From NCBI RefSeq assembly GCF_030384885.1, contig NZ_CP128613.1: a DNA stretch of 64,000 nt; one strand, 5' to 3'. The translations under genes and the position numbers were made by a program. Source of the DNA: Escherichia coli (GTDB lineage: Bacteria; Pseudomonadota; Gammaproteobacteria; Enterobacterales; Enterobacteriaceae). Shown here piece after piece: positions 1-12,099 of the stretch; position 1 is the first letter of the stretch; each line of letters begins with the position of its first letter. The notes beneath the pieces are model-generated. The model had not been told where the DNA came from and made no database searches. It worked only from the letters and a program-made list of their open reading frames with translations.

Positions 1-372
1 ATCGGCGTGGAGATAAAGCTGATACAGAAACTCATGTTGATAGAGTGTATCGCCGGTTGCTCCCGGAAAACTGTCATCAAAGGTCCAGCCGTTTTCCAGC
101 ATTAACGGGTTCACTACGGAAACGGAAATAAACGGTTCCAGTCCTTTGAGTTTACGCATGATCAGCGTGCGGTGCGCCCACGGGCAGGCGAGTGAAACAT
201 AGAGATGATAACGATCTTTCTCTGCGGCAAAACCGCCTTTGCCAGTGGGGCCTGGCGCGCCATCGGCAGTGAGCCAGTTACGAAATGCGGAAGCTGAACG
301 TTGAAATTTACCGCCGGTGGATTTGGTGTCGTACCAGGTGTCATGCCAGACGCCGTCAATCAGTTGACCCAT
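1..372 (-). CDS. yqjG: glutathionyl-hydroquinone reductase YqjG, N-terminal 124 codons (3' part lies beyond the window)
   Basis: My own minus-strand translation from the ATG at 372 gives MGQLIDGVWHDTWYDTKSTGGKFQRSASAFRNWLTADG...SLACPWAHRTLIMRKLKGLEP. This matches my memory of YqjG (Xi-class GST, CPWA motif). It is missing from the ORF track because it runs off the window. Confidence 0.85.
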   Translation of the reverse strand, partial: MGQLIDGVWHDTWYDTKSTGGKFQRSASAFRNWLTADGAPGPTGKGGFAAEKDRYHLYVSLACPWAHRTLIMRKLKGLEPFISVSVVNPLMLENGWTFDDSFPGATGDTLYQHEFLYQLYLHAD

Positions 373-442
373 TTTTCTCTCCTCGAATAGCAAAAACGAG
401 GAGCGTTTCTCCTCGTTTGAGACTGATGGCAAACGCAAAACT

Positions 443-543
443 GCCTGATGCGCTATGCTTATCAGGCCTACGAGGTTTCTGCAATGTATTGAATTTGCAT
501 GTTTTTGTAGGCCGGATAAGGCGTTCACGCCGAATCCGGCATG
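443..543. repeat. REP/BIME pair (two inverted REP palindromes)
   Basis: gcctgatgcgctatgcttatcaggcctac and gtaggccggataaggcgttcacgccgaatccggcatg are classic enterobacterial REP consensus sequences. Track ORF 285..755 is a translation artefact across them. Confidence 0.85.
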
Positions 544-619
544 AACAACGCGCACTTTGTCAACAATCTGAAACGAGGAGTGTTCCCCCTCGTTTTTTAT
601 CGTTAAGTATAGCGCGTAC

Positions 620-1012
620 TTACCACTTTTTATTCAACAGACGGTCGATGCTATACGCGCCCGGACCGGTAATCGCCAGCAGCAGGAATCCGCCAGAAAT
701 AGTCAGGTTTTTCATAAACATCAGCGAGTTCATGCCTTCTGCAAAATTGCTGTGAAATAAAAATGCCGTCAGCAGCGTAAAGCCCGCAGTAAACAGGACA
801 GTGGTACGTGTCAGGAAACCGAACAGGATTGCCAGACCACCACCAAACTCAAGCAGAATCACCAGTGGCAACATAAAGCCAGGGACACCCATCGCTTCCA
901 TATATTGTTGCGTACCCGCGTAGCCAGTAATTTTTCCCCAACCTGCCGTAATAAACAGAATCGGCATTAAAATGCGTGCGACCAGTACCCCAACATCTTC
1001 TAATTTTTTCAT
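620..1012 (-). CDS. yqjF: DoxX-family inner membrane protein YqjF (130 aa)
   Basis: The track ORF 620..1102 is trimmed to the internal ATG at 1012 (MKKLEDVGVLVARILMPILF...). This gives the remembered 130-aa YqjF. The protein is hydrophobic and multi-TM. Confidence 0.85.
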   Translation of the reverse strand: MKKLEDVGVLVARILMPILFITAGWGKITGYAGTQQYMEAMGVPGFMLPLVILLEFGGGLAILFGFLTRTTVLFTAGFTLLTAFLFHSNFAEGMNSLMFMKNLTISGGFLLLAITGPGAYSIDRLLNKKW

Positions 1013-1198
1013 CTTACTCTCCACTGCGCCGCTCAGGCTGCTGATTGTTTTTTTGTGCAAGGGCGCGGTATTAGCGTCGTTGCTTTCGATGGAGAGAATC
1101 ATAAACGTGGCGAAGCGTGATTGTTAGCAAGTAAAACTGTCAAATATTTTCAAAAAATTTGAGGAATAAGGCCGGAATGTCTCCGGCCAGAAAGGAAG

Positions 1199-1498
1199 TT
1201 AACCGCGAAGCTGTTGTTGCTTGAGGGTTGTTTTCACCAGACGCCAGGCGCTCCATACACCAAAACCGCGTCTGGCCCAGCGGACCAGCATATTGGGATG
1301 ACGAATCGTCCAGATAGCCATCACACTACTGCCAACCAGCGCCCAGGAGCGCAGACTCAGCAGCATATTCCAGCGACGATCATAAGCGCCTGTCGCCTCC
1401 AGCCATTCACGACGACTGGCGGAAAGATCCAGCCGTTGTTGCTGGATCTGGCTAAGCAGTTGCGCCTTACGTCGTTCACGTTCGACTTTACTGCTCAC
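1199..1498 (-). CDS. yqjK: small membrane protein YqjK (99 aa, GTG start)
   Basis: The frame of track ORF 1199..1636, started at the GTG at 1498 (VSSKVERERRKAQLL...), gives 300 nt, which is 99 aa plus stop. It overlaps the yqjE stop by 11 nt, consistent with operon coupling. Confidence 0.75.
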   Translation of the reverse strand: MSSKVERERRKAQLLSQIQQQRLDLSASRREWLEATGAYDRRWNMLLSLRSWALVGSSVMAIWTIRHPNMLVRWARRGFGVWSAWRLVKTTLKQQQLRG

Positions 1499-1892
1499 GG
1501 GACTCCTCCTCGAGCAGTTGCCGATCGTTTGCCAGCTCATGGCGCGTATGGCGCAGTAAGGTGGATTTACGCGATTTACGTAACGTCCAGATACCGCCAA
1601 TGAGTGCCAGTAGCAGCAACACCACGGTGGTGGCAATCATCGCATTCAGGCGATATTGCGGATCAACCGCCCAGATAATCAGCACCATCAGGCTCATAAG
1701 ACCAAATGCAGCGAAAAGCATCGTCAGGCCCAGCATCAGTAAAAGCTGAAAGAGATTGGCTTTTTCCTCTTCCAGCTCCACCACCGCCAGCCGCAGACGT
1801 GTCTCCACCATTTCAACCATGATGGAAACAATTCGCTGCCCGATGCCCAGAACGCTTTTACCGGGCCCTTGCGCGTGATGAGTGTCCGCCAT
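1488..1892 (-). CDS. yqjE: inner membrane protein YqjE (134 aa)
   Basis: The ATG at 1892 (MADTHHAQGPGKSVLGIGQRIV...) lies within track ORF 1488..1961. The length matches the remembered YqjE. Confidence 0.85.
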   Translation of the reverse strand: MADTHHAQGPGKSVLGIGQRIVSIMVEMVETRLRLAVVELEEEKANLFQLLLMLGLTMLFAAFGLMSLMVLIIWAVDPQYRLNAMIATTVVLLLLALIGGIWTLRKSRKSTLLRHTRHELANDRQLLEEESREQ

Positions 1893-1894
1893 AA

Positions 1895-2200
1895 TTAACG
1901 ACGCGACAGCAGAACGCCGAGCACTACACCGATTGCAGCGCCAATGCCTACGCCCGTCCACGGATTTTCACGCACATACTCATCGGCACGCGCCGCCGCG
2001 ACACGGGTTTGTTTGGCAATGGCATCACCGGTTTCACCCAGGCGATAACGGCTCTGTTTCAGTGCCTGCTCCGCTTTGCTACGAATCTTACTCAACTCTT
2101 CTTTCGACTTCTCGCCAGATGAGCTAAGCACCTCTTCCAGCGTATCGGAAAGGGATTTCAACTCAGCACGCAGATGTTCCGTAGTGTGTTCTTTCGACAT
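1895..2200 (-). CDS. yqjD: ribosome-associated membrane-anchored protein YqjD (101 aa)
   Basis: Track ORF MSKEHTTEHLRAELKSLSDTLEEVL... with a C-terminal TM segment. Matches the ElaB/YgaM/YqjD family. Confidence 0.9.
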   Translation of the reverse strand: MSKEHTTEHLRAELKSLSDTLEEVLSSSGEKSKEELSKIRSKAEQALKQSRYRLGETGDAIAKQTRVAAARADEYVRENPWTGVGIGAAIGVVLGVLLSRR

Positions 2201-2237
2201 AGTTTTCTCCAGGTGAGTAAGTAGTGACTATTGTGAG

Positions 2238-2606
2238 TTAGTAGTCGCGCGCTTCCAGCTTTTTCAGCTCTTCCTGCGCTTCTGCCAGTTTCCGTTCGCG
2301 TTTGGCAATCTTATCGGCATCGCCTTTTTGCTTCGCCTCGGCTAAATCTTGCTGGCGTTCCGCCACCTCATCTTTCTGCTTTGCGATTTTCTTCTGATGA
2401 TCGGCACGCAGCTGGCTATCTGAACAGTTGGCCCGGACTTCACTCAGGGCTTTATTCAGACCGTCAATACGATTCTGGTTTTGGTGTTTTTCGGCATAGC
2501 TGATCTCCTTAAGGATATTTTGCTCCTTTTCCTGACACAGGGTAGTGGCATAACTACCGGTACTAAGAGCAAAAAGAGAAACAGCTAAAGCGATGCGGTA
2601 TTTCAT
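2238..2606 (-). CDS. yqjC: periplasmic protein YqjC (DUF1090, 122 aa)
   Basis: The ATG at 2606 (MKYRIALAVSLFALSTGSYA, signal-peptide-like) lies within track ORF 2238..2621. Confidence 0.85.
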   Translation of the reverse strand: MKYRIALAVSLFALSTGSYATTLCQEKEQNILKEISYAEKHQNQNRIDGLNKALSEVRANCSDSQLRADHQKKIAKQKDEVAERQQDLAEAKQKGDADKIAKRERKLAEAQEELKKLEARDY

Positions 2607-2752
2607 TCTTGAACCTTCCATTGTGATTCGGACCTATTACAAAGGAACGATTGTCCAGACAACGAAGCGGTAGTGTTGACCACCGCCTCATTAATCATAG
2701 ACAGTTACGGTGAAATCACCAAAGTGAGTGATCTGTTTCGGATAACAGGAAG

Positions 2753-3136
2753 TTATCCGAAGCGATGAGAGTTATCCCGCAATCGGGTTAGCCACTGCAT
2801 AGCCTGACTATTATTGTCCTGCTGCGCAATGATGTAGCCATGGGGCAATGTTCTGTCGAGAACCGCTTTTGCTGCGGCACTCTGGTCGCTGGAGTCAAAC
2901 GTAATTAACAGAGTGTCGTTTTTAGGGGTGATGCTTTTGAAAGGAATGCCGTGAGCGTCAAGGTGATGCCAGATTGAAAAACCGTCTGGCATCGTTGTGC
3001 CTTGATGAACGGCACGAATCGCCAGCGTAGACTCTTGCTGGCGAACCGCGGACCAGGCCAGCAACAGCGTGCCGACCAGAAGTAAAACAGCGCCGGACCA
3101 GGTTAGCTGGCGAAGCGACATGCGAGGTATTTGCAT
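2753..3136 (-). CDS. mzrA: MzrA, modulator of the EnvZ/OmpR system (127 aa)
   Basis: Track ORF of 127 aa with an N-terminal TM segment. Position and length match yqjB/mzrA, immediately downstream of yqjA. Confidence 0.85.
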   Translation of the reverse strand: MQIPRMSLRQLTWSGAVLLLVGTLLLAWSAVRQQESTLAIRAVHQGTTMPDGFSIWHHLDAHGIPFKSITPKNDTLLITFDSSDQSAAAKAVLDRTLPHGYIIAQQDNNSQAMQWLTRLRDNSHRFG

Positions 3137-3139
3137 CCC

Positions 3140-3802
3140 TTACCCCCGATTTCCATATTTCTTTTTCCATAACACGACCAGAGAACCTGCCAGGCCAAAC
3201 ACCAGCAGCACCACCGGGAGCAGCATCAGGCATGACATCAGCTGGTCCTCGTACTTTAAAAATACCGGCGTTTTGCCGAGCATGTAACCCAGAGTTGTCA
3301 GGATTAATACCCACAGCAGACCGCTCATCCAGTTGAAGAACTGAAAGCGCGCGTTATTCAGCCCTGATAACCCGGCAATCGTCGGCAGCAGTGTTCTGAC
3401 AAACGCAATAAAGCGACCAATTAACAGCGCCGATAAACCGTGTTTATGAAAAAGATGGTGTGCGCGTTGATGATAATGCGCGGGTAAATGAGATAGCCAG
3501 TTTTGTACGGTGCGGGTATTGCCCAGCCATCGCCCCTGAATATAGCTGACCCAGCAGCCGAGGCTGGCGGCAACGGTCAGAAGCAGAATCGTTTGCGGAT
3601 AGCCCATCGCGCCTTTCGCAATCAATACGCCGACCAACACCAGTAAACTGTCGCCCGGTAAAAAGGCCGCCGGAAGCAAGCCGTTTTCAAGGAACAAAAT
3701 TACAAATAAAACAAAATAGAGCATGCCAATCATCGACGGATTGGCCAGGGTTTCAAAATCCTGCGCCCACAGGGCTTGCAGCAATTGGGTCAAAAGTTCC
3801 AT
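3140..3802 (-). CDS. yqjA: DedA-family inner membrane protein YqjA (220 aa)
   Basis: Track [36 protein letters not shown]... is a multi-TM DedA-family protein of the expected length. Confidence 0.92.
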   Translation of the reverse strand: MELLTQLLQALWAQDFETLANPSMIGMLYFVLFVILFLENGLLPAAFLPGDSLLVLVGVLIAKGAMGYPQTILLLTVAASLGCWVSYIQGRWLGNTRTVQNWLSHLPAHYHQRAHHLFHKHGLSALLIGRFIAFVRTLLPTIAGLSGLNNARFQFFNWMSGLLWVLILTTLGYMLGKTPVFLKYEDQLMSCLMLLPVVLLVFGLAGSLVVLWKKKYGNRG

Positions 3803-4146
3803 TCATTATTCCTGGTGAATCGGTTAACGCCACGCTGGTTTTAAAAGATGCACTACCGCAATGTTATTGCTGTTTTGGTATGTTCTGCGGGTTTGATACA
3901 TCAACACAGCCTGAACTATTCCCTGTTAAATCGTGAGATAAGAAAGCATTCAAAAGCATAAATTCAAATTGAATCTAATTGTAACAAAGGTCAACGTTGT
4001 TCGTTATCAAAATTACATGTCCGTGGAGTCTGATTTTGCTGAATGCAGGGGAGGGTGGCGAGAGGATTTACACAGGCTGACACTTTATACTTTTCGCTTA
4101 CCGACGAGGCAAACAGGCGCGTCGTTGCGCCTGCCGAATGGGGATT

Positions 4147-4923
4147 TCATTTGCTGCCGCTGGTGGCCGTATCAAGATGCACAACGGGATTTTCGGCGAA
4201 CAGATAGCGGTCGGCATTGAACTCGAAATCGTCGCTGGTTTCGTTAAATAACATGATCTTGGTGTTTTCCAGATGCTGCCACATTGCCAGCTTCGCGGCA
4301 TGGGGATCTTTGCGAATTAACGCTTTGAGGATCTGATCGTGGTCATCGCACCAGTTATCGACAGTACGGGCATCAATATGCTCGTGCAGTTTTTTCCAGT
4401 ATGGGTTATGGCTACGTTGGGTCCACATTTTTTCAACGATGGCTGCCAGGGCGGAGTTCTGCGTCGCCAGGGCAACCTGAATATGGAACTGCAAATCCCA
4501 CTCGGAATCACGGAAGCATTGTTCGCCGCGCGCCTGCTCCTGGATGGCCATCAGTTTCATGATGTCCTGTTTGGTTACCTGGGTCGCTGCGAACTCGGCA
4601 ATATTACTTTCGATGAGCTGACGTGCCTGAAGCAGCTCAAACGGACCGTAATTGGCGAATTCCATATTAGTGTCAGCTGACTGCTGATGGCGCGGCTGGT
4701 TGGAAACCACATGAATACCCGAGCCTTTACGCACCTCTACATAGCCTTCAACTTCAAGCATGATGATGGCTTCACGAACCACGGTGCGACTGACGTTCTT
4801 TTCATCGGCAATAAAGCGTTCAGCAGGCAGTTTATCACCCACCAGATAGACGCCCTGTTCGATGCGCTCTTTCAGATCAGCGGCAAGTTGTTGATACAAA
4901 CGGCGTGGTTCAGTGATTTCCAT
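4147..4923 (-). CDS. exuR: GntR-family hexuronate regulon repressor ExuR (258 aa)
   Basis: The ATG at 4923 ([26 protein letters not shown]...) begins a GntR HTH followed by an FCD domain. The gene is adjacent to exuT. Confidence 0.93.
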   Translation of the reverse strand: MEITEPRRLYQQLAADLKERIEQGVYLVGDKLPAERFIADEKNVSRTVVREAIIMLEVEGYVEVRKGSGIHVVSNQPRHQQSADTNMEFANYGPFELLQARQLIESNIAEFAATQVTKQDIMKLMAIQEQARGEQCFRDSEWDLQFHIQVALATQNSALAAIVEKMWTQRSHNPYWKKLHEHIDARTVDNWCDDHDQILKALIRKDPHAAKLAMWQHLENTKIMLFNETSDDFEFNADRYLFAENPVVHLDTATSGSK

Positions 4924-5052
4924 ATGCGCTCCAGGCATGATACGGCAGACTATATTTGTTATACCACTTTTGCGAGTTTAGCTCTACTCGCAGTGATGAA
5001 AAAGCCGCCTGAGAAGGCGGCTTTGAAGGGAAACTAAAACTTACACGAAGCC

Positions 5053-6351
5053 TTAATGTTGCGGTGCGGGATCGTTATGTGATTCCTGCGCCACCTCAAT
5101 AGCCGGTTTGTTCTGCAACACAGTCCAGATAACCAGCGCACCCAGCAGGTCGAATACTGCCAGAACTGCGAACAGCGGGCTGAAGCCGATGGTGTCAGCC
5201 AGTGCACCGACTACCAGTGCAAACAGCGTACTTGCCAGCCATGCGGACATCCCGGTTAAACCGTTCGCCGTCGCCACTTCGTTACGACCGAACACGTCAG
5301 AAGAGAGCGTAATCAGTGCGCCAGACAGGGCCTGGTGAGCAAAACCACCGATACACAGCAGCATAATCGCGACATACGGGTTAGTGAACAGACCGATCAT
5401 ACCTGGGCCAATCATCAGCACCGCACCCAGCGTTACTACCATCTTACGGGAAACGATCAGGTTCACGCCAAACCAACGCTGGAACAGCGGCGGCAGGTAA
5501 CCACCGAGGATACAACCAAGGTCAGCAAACAGCATCGGCATCCAGGCGAACATCGCGATCTCTTTCAGGTTAAAGCCGTAAACTTTAAACATGAACAGCG
5601 GGATCCACGCGTTAAAAGTACCCCAGGCCGGTTCAGCCAGGAAACGCGGTAGCGCGATACCCCAGAACTGACGGTTACGCAGGATCTGACCAACGGACAT
5701 TTTCTTCGCTGTGTCAACCTGGTGCTGGGCTTCCTGACCATTAATAATGTAGTCACGTTCTTCATCGGTCAGATGTTTCTGGTCGCGCGGATGCTTGTAG
5801 AAAATCAGCCATGCCATCGCCCAGATAAAGCTCAACGCACCGGAGATGATAAATGCCATCTGCCAGCTGTGCATCACGATTGCCCATACCACCAGCGGCG
5901 GCGCAATCATCGCACCAATCGAAGAACCTACGTTAAAGTAGCCGACCGCGATGGAACGCTCTTTTGCCGGGAACCATTCGGAACTGGCTTTCAGACCCGC
6001 CGGGATCATCGCCGCCTCTGCAGCACCTACCGCACCACGAGCAACCGCCAGGCCACCCCAGCTACCTGCCAGCGCGGTTGCGCCACAGAACACAGCCCAC
6101 AGTACAGCAAACATTGCGTAACCGATTTTCGTACCCAGCACATCCAGTACATAACCTGCTACCGGTTGCATGACCGTATAAGCAGCAGAATAGGCTGCGA
6201 TGATATAGGAATACTGTTGGGTGGAGATGTTTAACTCTTCCATCAGAGTTGGCGCAGCTGCCGCCACAGTGTTACGCGTCAGGTAACCAAGCACGGTGCC
6301 GAGCGTCACCAGTGCGATCATATACCAACGTAACCCTTTAATTTTACGCAT
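5053..6351 (-). CDS. exuT: hexuronate:H+ symporter ExuT (MFS, 432 aa)
   Basis: The ATG at 6351 (MRKIKGLRWYMIALVTLGTVLGYLTRN...) gives 1299 nt. The longer 472-aa track ORF is an upstream extension. Confidence 0.93.
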   Translation of the reverse strand: MRKIKGLRWYMIALVTLGTVLGYLTRNTVAAAAPTLMEELNISTQQYSYIIAAYSAAYTVMQPVAGYVLDVLGTKIGYAMFAVLWAVFCGATALAGSWGGLAVARGAVGAAEAAMIPAGLKASSEWFPAKERSIAVGYFNVGSSIGAMIAPPLVVWAIVMHSWQMAFIISGALSFIWAMAWLIFYKHPRDQKHLTDEERDYIINGQEAQHQVDTAKKMSVGQILRNRQFWGIALPRFLAEPAWGTFNAWIPLFMFKVYGFNLKEIAMFAWMPMLFADLGCILGGYLPPLFQRWFGVNLIVSRKMVVTLGAVLMIGPGMIGLFTNPYVAIMLLCIGGFAHQALSGALITLSSDVFGRNEVATANGLTGMSAWLASTLFALVVGALADTIGFSPLFAVLAVFDLLGALVIWTVLQNKPAIEVAQESHNDPAPQH

Positions 6352-6582
6352 GTAAAACCTCATCGTTTTGTTATATCCGCAGGAAGCGCGGCCATCATCC
6401 CGCCAGAGGCTGAAGATGTTAGTTACGACCGGGTAACCGAAAAAAAACCGGCACGCCCCGAACGTTGCCATGAAAGTTTCGTGCTAATTCGGCTTCCGTA
6501 CCGGTTAACCCGATTCATCTAACAAATGAATGAATCGGCAATTTGCATTCCGTCGACTTATGATTTGCGACGGCAGAAAGAT

Positions 6583-6599
6583 AACTTGTCATACAACTT
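6583..6599. promoter_or_regulatory. candidate ExuR/UxuR-type operator in the exuT-uxaC divergent control region
   Basis: The near-palindrome aacttgtcatacaactt (TTGT..ACAA arms) lies between the divergent exuT and uxaCA genes. It resembles the GntR-family hexuronate operator as I remember it. It is not verified. Confidence 0.4.
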
Positions 6600-6731
6600 T
6601 AAAAGGTGAGAGCCATCACAAATGTGGGAATATTTGTAGGGACATTACCTGATGACAGCGAGGCCAGTACTGGCGCGGCTTGCAGCGAGATTTACCACTT
6701 TGAGAGTAATTTTTTTAACTACGTTTATTGA

Positions 6732-8246
<1,515 letters not shown>

Positions 8247-8260
8247 GGTCTGGGGTTGAT

Positions 8261-9748
8261 ATGCAATACATCAAGATCCATGCGCTGGATAACGTCGCGG
8301 TTGCTTTAGCAGATTTGGCGGAAGGCACAGAAGTCAGTGTCGATAACCAGATTGTTACGCTGCGCCAGGATGTTGCTCGTGGACATAAATTTGCGTTAAC
8401 GGATATCGCAAAAGGGGCCAACGTCATTAAATATGGCCTGCCGATTGGTTATGCATTGGCGGATATTGCGGCGGGGGAACACGTTCACGCCCACAATACG
8501 CGCACGAATCTGAGCGATCTGGATCAGTATCGCTATCAACCTGATTTTCAGGATCTGCCTGCGCAAGCGGCAGATCGTGAAGTGCAGATCTATCGTCGCG
8601 CGAACGGCGATGTCGGGGTGCGTAATGAGCTGTGGATCCTGCCAACCGTGGGTTGTGTTAACGGCATCGCGCGGCAGATCCAGAACCGTTTCCTGAAAGA
8701 GACCAACAACGCCGAAGGTACTGACGGCGTGTTCCTCTTCAGCCACACCTACGGCTGCTCGCAGCTGGGCGACGATCACATCAATACCCGCACCATGCTG
8801 CAAAATATGGTGCGCCACCCGAACGCGGGCGCAGTGCTGGTGATTGGTCTGGGCTGTGAAAACAACCAGGTTGCCGCATTCCGTGAAACGCTGGGTGATA
8901 TCGATCCTGAACGCGTTCATTTCATGATCTGCCAACAGCAGGATGATGAGATCGAAGCCGGGATCGAGCATTTGCATCAGCTGTATAACGTGATGCGCAA
9001 CGACAAGCGTGAGCCAGGCAAACTCAGCGAACTGAAGTTTGGTCTGGAGTGCGGTGGTTCTGACGGTCTTTCTGGTATTACTGCTAACCCGATGCTGGGG
9101 CGTTTCTCTGACTACGTGATTGCTAACGGCGGTACTACCGTACTGACCGAAGTGCCGGAGATGTTTGGCGCAGAGCAGTTGCTGATGGACCATTGCCGCG
9201 ACGAAGCAACGTTTGAAAAACTGGTCACTATGGTCAACGACTTCAAACAGTACTTTATTGCCCATGACCAGCCGATCTATGAAAACCCATCGCCGGGGAA
9301 CAAAGCGGGCGGTATCACCACGCTGGAAGACAAATCACTTGGCTGTACCCAGAAAGCGGGTTCCAGCGTCGTGGTTGACGTGCTGCGTTACGGCGAGCGT
9401 CTGAAAACGCCGGGGCTGAACTTGTTAAGTGCGCCGGGTAACGATGCCGTAGCGACCAGCGCCCTGGCGGGTGCGGGCTGCCATATGGTGCTGTTCAGTA
9501 CTGGTCGTGGCACGCCGTATGGTGGATTTGTGCCGACGGTGAAAATCGCCACCAACAGTGAACTGGCGGCGAAGAAAAAACACTGGATCGACTTTGACGC
9601 GGGTCAGCTGATCCACGGTAAAGCGATGCCGCAGTTGCTGGAAGAATTTATCGACACCATCGTTGAGTTTGCCAATGGTAAACAAACCTGCAACGAGCGT
9701 AACGACTTCCGCGAACTGGCGATCTTTAAAAGCGGCGTAACGCTATAA
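8261..9748 (+). CDS. uxaA: altronate dehydratase UxaA (495 aa)
   Basis: Track ORF MQYIKIHALDNVAVALADLAEGTEV... has an SAF domain and a dehydratase domain. It lies 14 nt downstream of uxaC. Confidence 0.96.
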   Translation: MQYIKIHALDNVAVALADLAEGTEVSVDNQIVTLRQDVARGHKFALTDIAKGANVIKYGLPIGYALADIAAGEHVHAHNTRTNLSDLDQYRYQPDFQDLPAQAADREVQIYRRANGDVGVRNELWILPTVGCVNGIARQIQNRFLKETNNAEGTDGVFLFSHTYGCSQLGDDHINTRTMLQNMVRHPNAGAVLVIGLGCENNQVAAFRETLGDIDPERVHFMICQQQDDEIEAGIEHLHQLYNVMRNDKREPGKLSELKFGLECGGSDGLSGITANPMLGRFSDYVIANGGTTVLTEVPEMFGAEQLLMDHCRDEATFEKLVTMVNDFKQYFIAHDQPIYENPSPGNKAGGITTLEDKSLGCTQKAGSSVVVDVLRYGERLKTPGLNLLSAPGNDAVATSALAGAGCHMVLFSTGRGTPYGGFVPTVKIATNSELAAKKKHWIDFDAGQLIHGKAMPQLLEEFIDTIVEFANGKQTCNERNDFRELAIFKSGVTL

Positions 9749-9772
9749 AGTCGAAATGAGTTGTTAATAAAA

Positions 9773-9803
9773 AACGGCGTTTCATAATGTGAAGCGCCGT
9801 TTG
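9773..9803. terminator. hairpin terminator between uxaA and ygjV
   Basis: aacggcg-N15-cgccgtt is a stem flanked by an A-run and a T-run. Confidence 0.6.
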
Positions 9804-9830
9804 CTTTTCCATACCTGCTAAGGATTTATC

Positions 9831-10382
9831 ATGACCGCGTATTGGCTGGCCCAGGGCGTGGGTGTCATCGCCTTTCTGATTGGTATCACAACATTTTTCA
9901 ATCGTGACGAACGTCGCTTCAAAAAGCAGCTTTCGGTCTATAGCGCCGTTATTGGCGTACATTTTTTTCTTCTGGGCACCTATCCCGCTGGTGCCAGTGC
10001 CATCCTTAATGCCATTCGTACGCTGATTACCTTACGCACGCGCAGCTTATGGATAATGGCGATCTTCATCGTGCTGACGGGAGGAGTTGGCCTGGCGAAG
10101 TTCCATCATCCCATGGAGCTGCTGCCGGTTATCGGCACGATTGTCAGTACCTGGGCGCTGTTCCGTTGTAAAGGGCTGACCATGCGCTGCGTGATGTGGT
10201 TTTCTACTTGTTGCTGGTTAACTCACAACATTTGGGCCGGGTCGATTGGTGGCACAATGATTGAAGGCAGTTTTCTGCTGATGAATGGCCTGAATATCAT
10301 TCGTTTTTGGCGTATGCAGAGAAGGGGAATTGATCCGTTTAAAGTGGAGAAAACCCCTTCCGCCGTAGACGAAAGGGGCTAA
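9831..10382 (+). CDS. ygjV: inner membrane protein YgjV (183 aa)
   Basis: Track ORF MTAYWLAQGVGVIAFLIGITTFFNRDERRFK... is multi-TM and matches in position and length. Confidence 0.88.
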   Translation: MTAYWLAQGVGVIAFLIGITTFFNRDERRFKKQLSVYSAVIGVHFFLLGTYPAGASAILNAIRTLITLRTRSLWIMAIFIVLTGGVGLAKFHHPMELLPVIGTIVSTWALFRCKGLTMRCVMWFSTCCWLTHNIWAGSIGGTMIEGSFLLMNGLNIIRFWRMQRRGIDPFKVEKTPSAVDERG

Positions 10383-10385
10383 GTA

Positions 10386-11630
10386 TTAGTTACGCAGGGC
10401 GCTATTTGCCAGACGATCGTCTTCCGCCTGGCAAGCTGCTGCAGTGAACAGCACGTCAGTTGAAGAGTTCAGCGCGGTTTCGCAAGAGTCCTGCAATACG
10501 CCGATGATAAAGCCGACGGCAACCACCTGCATGGCGATATCGTTCGAAATACCGAACATATTACAGGCCAGCGGGATCAGCAGCAGAGAACCACCTGCCA
10601 CGCCGGACGCACCACAGGCGCACAGAGAAGCCACTACGCTCAACAGCAGCGCCGTTGGTAGATCCACCGGAATACCCAGCGTATTAACCGCAGCCAGCGT
10701 CAACACGGTAATGGTGATTGCTGCGCCCGCCATATTGATCGTTGCACCTAGCGGAATAGAAACGGAATAGGTATCACGATCCAGATTCAGCTTTTCACAC
10801 AGCGCCATATTCACCGGAATGTTCGCCGCAGAGCTGCGGGTGAAGAAGGCGTACACGCCGCTTTCGCGCAGGCACAGCAGCACCAGCGGGAACGGGTTAC
10901 GACGAATTTTCCACCACACCAGCAATGGGTTAACCACCAGCGCCACCAGTAACATACAGCCAACCAGCACGACCAGCAGTTGCGCGTAGCCCCACAGTGT
11001 GGAGAAACCGGTGGTAGCCAGGGTAGAAGAAACCAACCCAAAAATACCGATCGGTGCGAAGCGAATGACCAGTTTCACCATAAAGGTGACGGCATTCGAC
11101 ATATCGTTGATCAGGTTTTTGGTGGTCTCGTTACCATGACGCAGTGCGAAACCGAGGCCAATTGCCCACACCAGAATCCCGATGTAGTTACCTTTCAGCA
11201 GCGCGTCGATGGGGTTGGAAACCATGCTCATTACCAGCCCGCGCATCACTTCGACAATGCCTGACGGCGGCGAAATATCACCCGCGCTACTGGACAAGTG
11301 CAGGGTAGAAGGGAAGGCAAAGCTGAAGACTACTGCGGCCAGAGCAGCAGAGAAGGTGCCCAGTAGATAGAGGAACAAAATAGGACGGATATTGGTTTTC
11401 TGCCCGTGCTGGTGGTTAGCAATAGACGCCATTACCAGCATCAACACCAGGATGGGGGCAACGGCTTTCAGTGCGCCGACGAACAAAGTACCTAACAGAC
11501 CGACAGCTTCCGCCGCCGGTTTTGAGATCCATGCCAGAAGAATCCCCAGAACAAGGCCGACCAGGATTTGTTTTACCAGGCTGCCATGAGCCAGACGCCG
11601 GAATAGCCCCGGTGAACGTTGCGTAGTCAT
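10386..11630 (-). CDS. sstT: Na+/serine-threonine symporter SstT (414 aa)
   Basis: Track [32 protein letters not shown]... belongs to the DAACS family. Confidence 0.95.
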   Translation of the reverse strand: MTTQRSPGLFRRLAHGSLVKQILVGLVLGILLAWISKPAAEAVGLLGTLFVGALKAVAPILVLMLVMASIANHQHGQKTNIRPILFLYLLGTFSAALAAVVFSFAFPSTLHLSSSAGDISPPSGIVEVMRGLVMSMVSNPIDALLKGNYIGILVWAIGLGFALRHGNETTKNLINDMSNAVTFMVKLVIRFAPIGIFGLVSSTLATTGFSTLWGYAQLLVVLVGCMLLVALVVNPLLVWWKIRRNPFPLVLLCLRESGVYAFFTRSSAANIPVNMALCEKLNLDRDTYSVSIPLGATINMAGAAITITVLTLAAVNTLGIPVDLPTALLLSVVASLCACGASGVAGGSLLLIPLACNMFGISNDIAMQVVAVGFIIGVLQDSCETALNSSTDVLFTAAACQAEDDRLANSALRN

Positions 11631-12099
11631 TTTTCGATCCTTTCATTGTGTTGTCGCACATCCCTGGTGCGTTCTGTCGACGCATCTTTCAGGATGTAAC
11701 AAAGTGTTTGCAAGGTCGAGTATAAGGAAAGTTACAGCTTCGGGAAGCGAAAAATGCTGGATTTTAAAGAGATGTCATATTTTGCAACTTAATGGTTACA
11801 TTTGTTTGACATAAACAGAGGGAAGGACTGGCTGCTGAGACTGATTAGATAACATATAGGCAAAACTATTTGGCATATGAGAACTGTTGCGCTCCTGTGA
11901 TGTGCTATGCCATATAAAGTCACTGGCGCAGGGAGCGGCCAATCGCCGCTGCCCCGGCCTCCAGGGCACGCTTCGGTGATTTTGACGCCACTAACACCCA
12001 AGCGATCTTTTTGTAAAGAGCTATAAGTCGGTTACATACTTAATCGCTCATCTTTGTCTGGAATGAGTTATCACCCGTAGTGGCTTAATATACAGCGAA

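Noticed and set aside
388-600. Two similar hairpins (acgaggag-cgtt-tctcctcgt at about 390..417 and acgaggag-tgttc-cccctcgt at about 572..596) flank the REP pair between yqjG and yqjF. They might be the ends of a small mobile element (MITE).
   Set aside because: They look like ordinary terminator hairpins with T-runs. No target-site duplication or further terminal similarity could be seen, and the arrangement is consistent with the K-12-like intergenic region.
3969-4301. ORFs of 83 aa (+) and 67 aa (-) in and near the yqjA-exuR intergenic region.
   Set aside because: They have no RBS and overlap the 3' end of exuR. Their translations are Arg/Cys/Trp-rich, which is atypical for real small proteins.
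11780-12000. A GC-rich structured island (ggccggggcagcggcgattggccgctccctgcgcc on the minus strand) within the AT-rich 469-bp sstT-alx intergenic region. It might be an sstT leader RNA or riboswitch. Track ORF 11789..12001 overlaps it.
   Set aside because: I could not match it to any known motif. The hairpins are short, and without comparative data this is indistinguishable from an ordinary 5' UTR. The 70-aa ORF lacks an RBS and looks non-coding.
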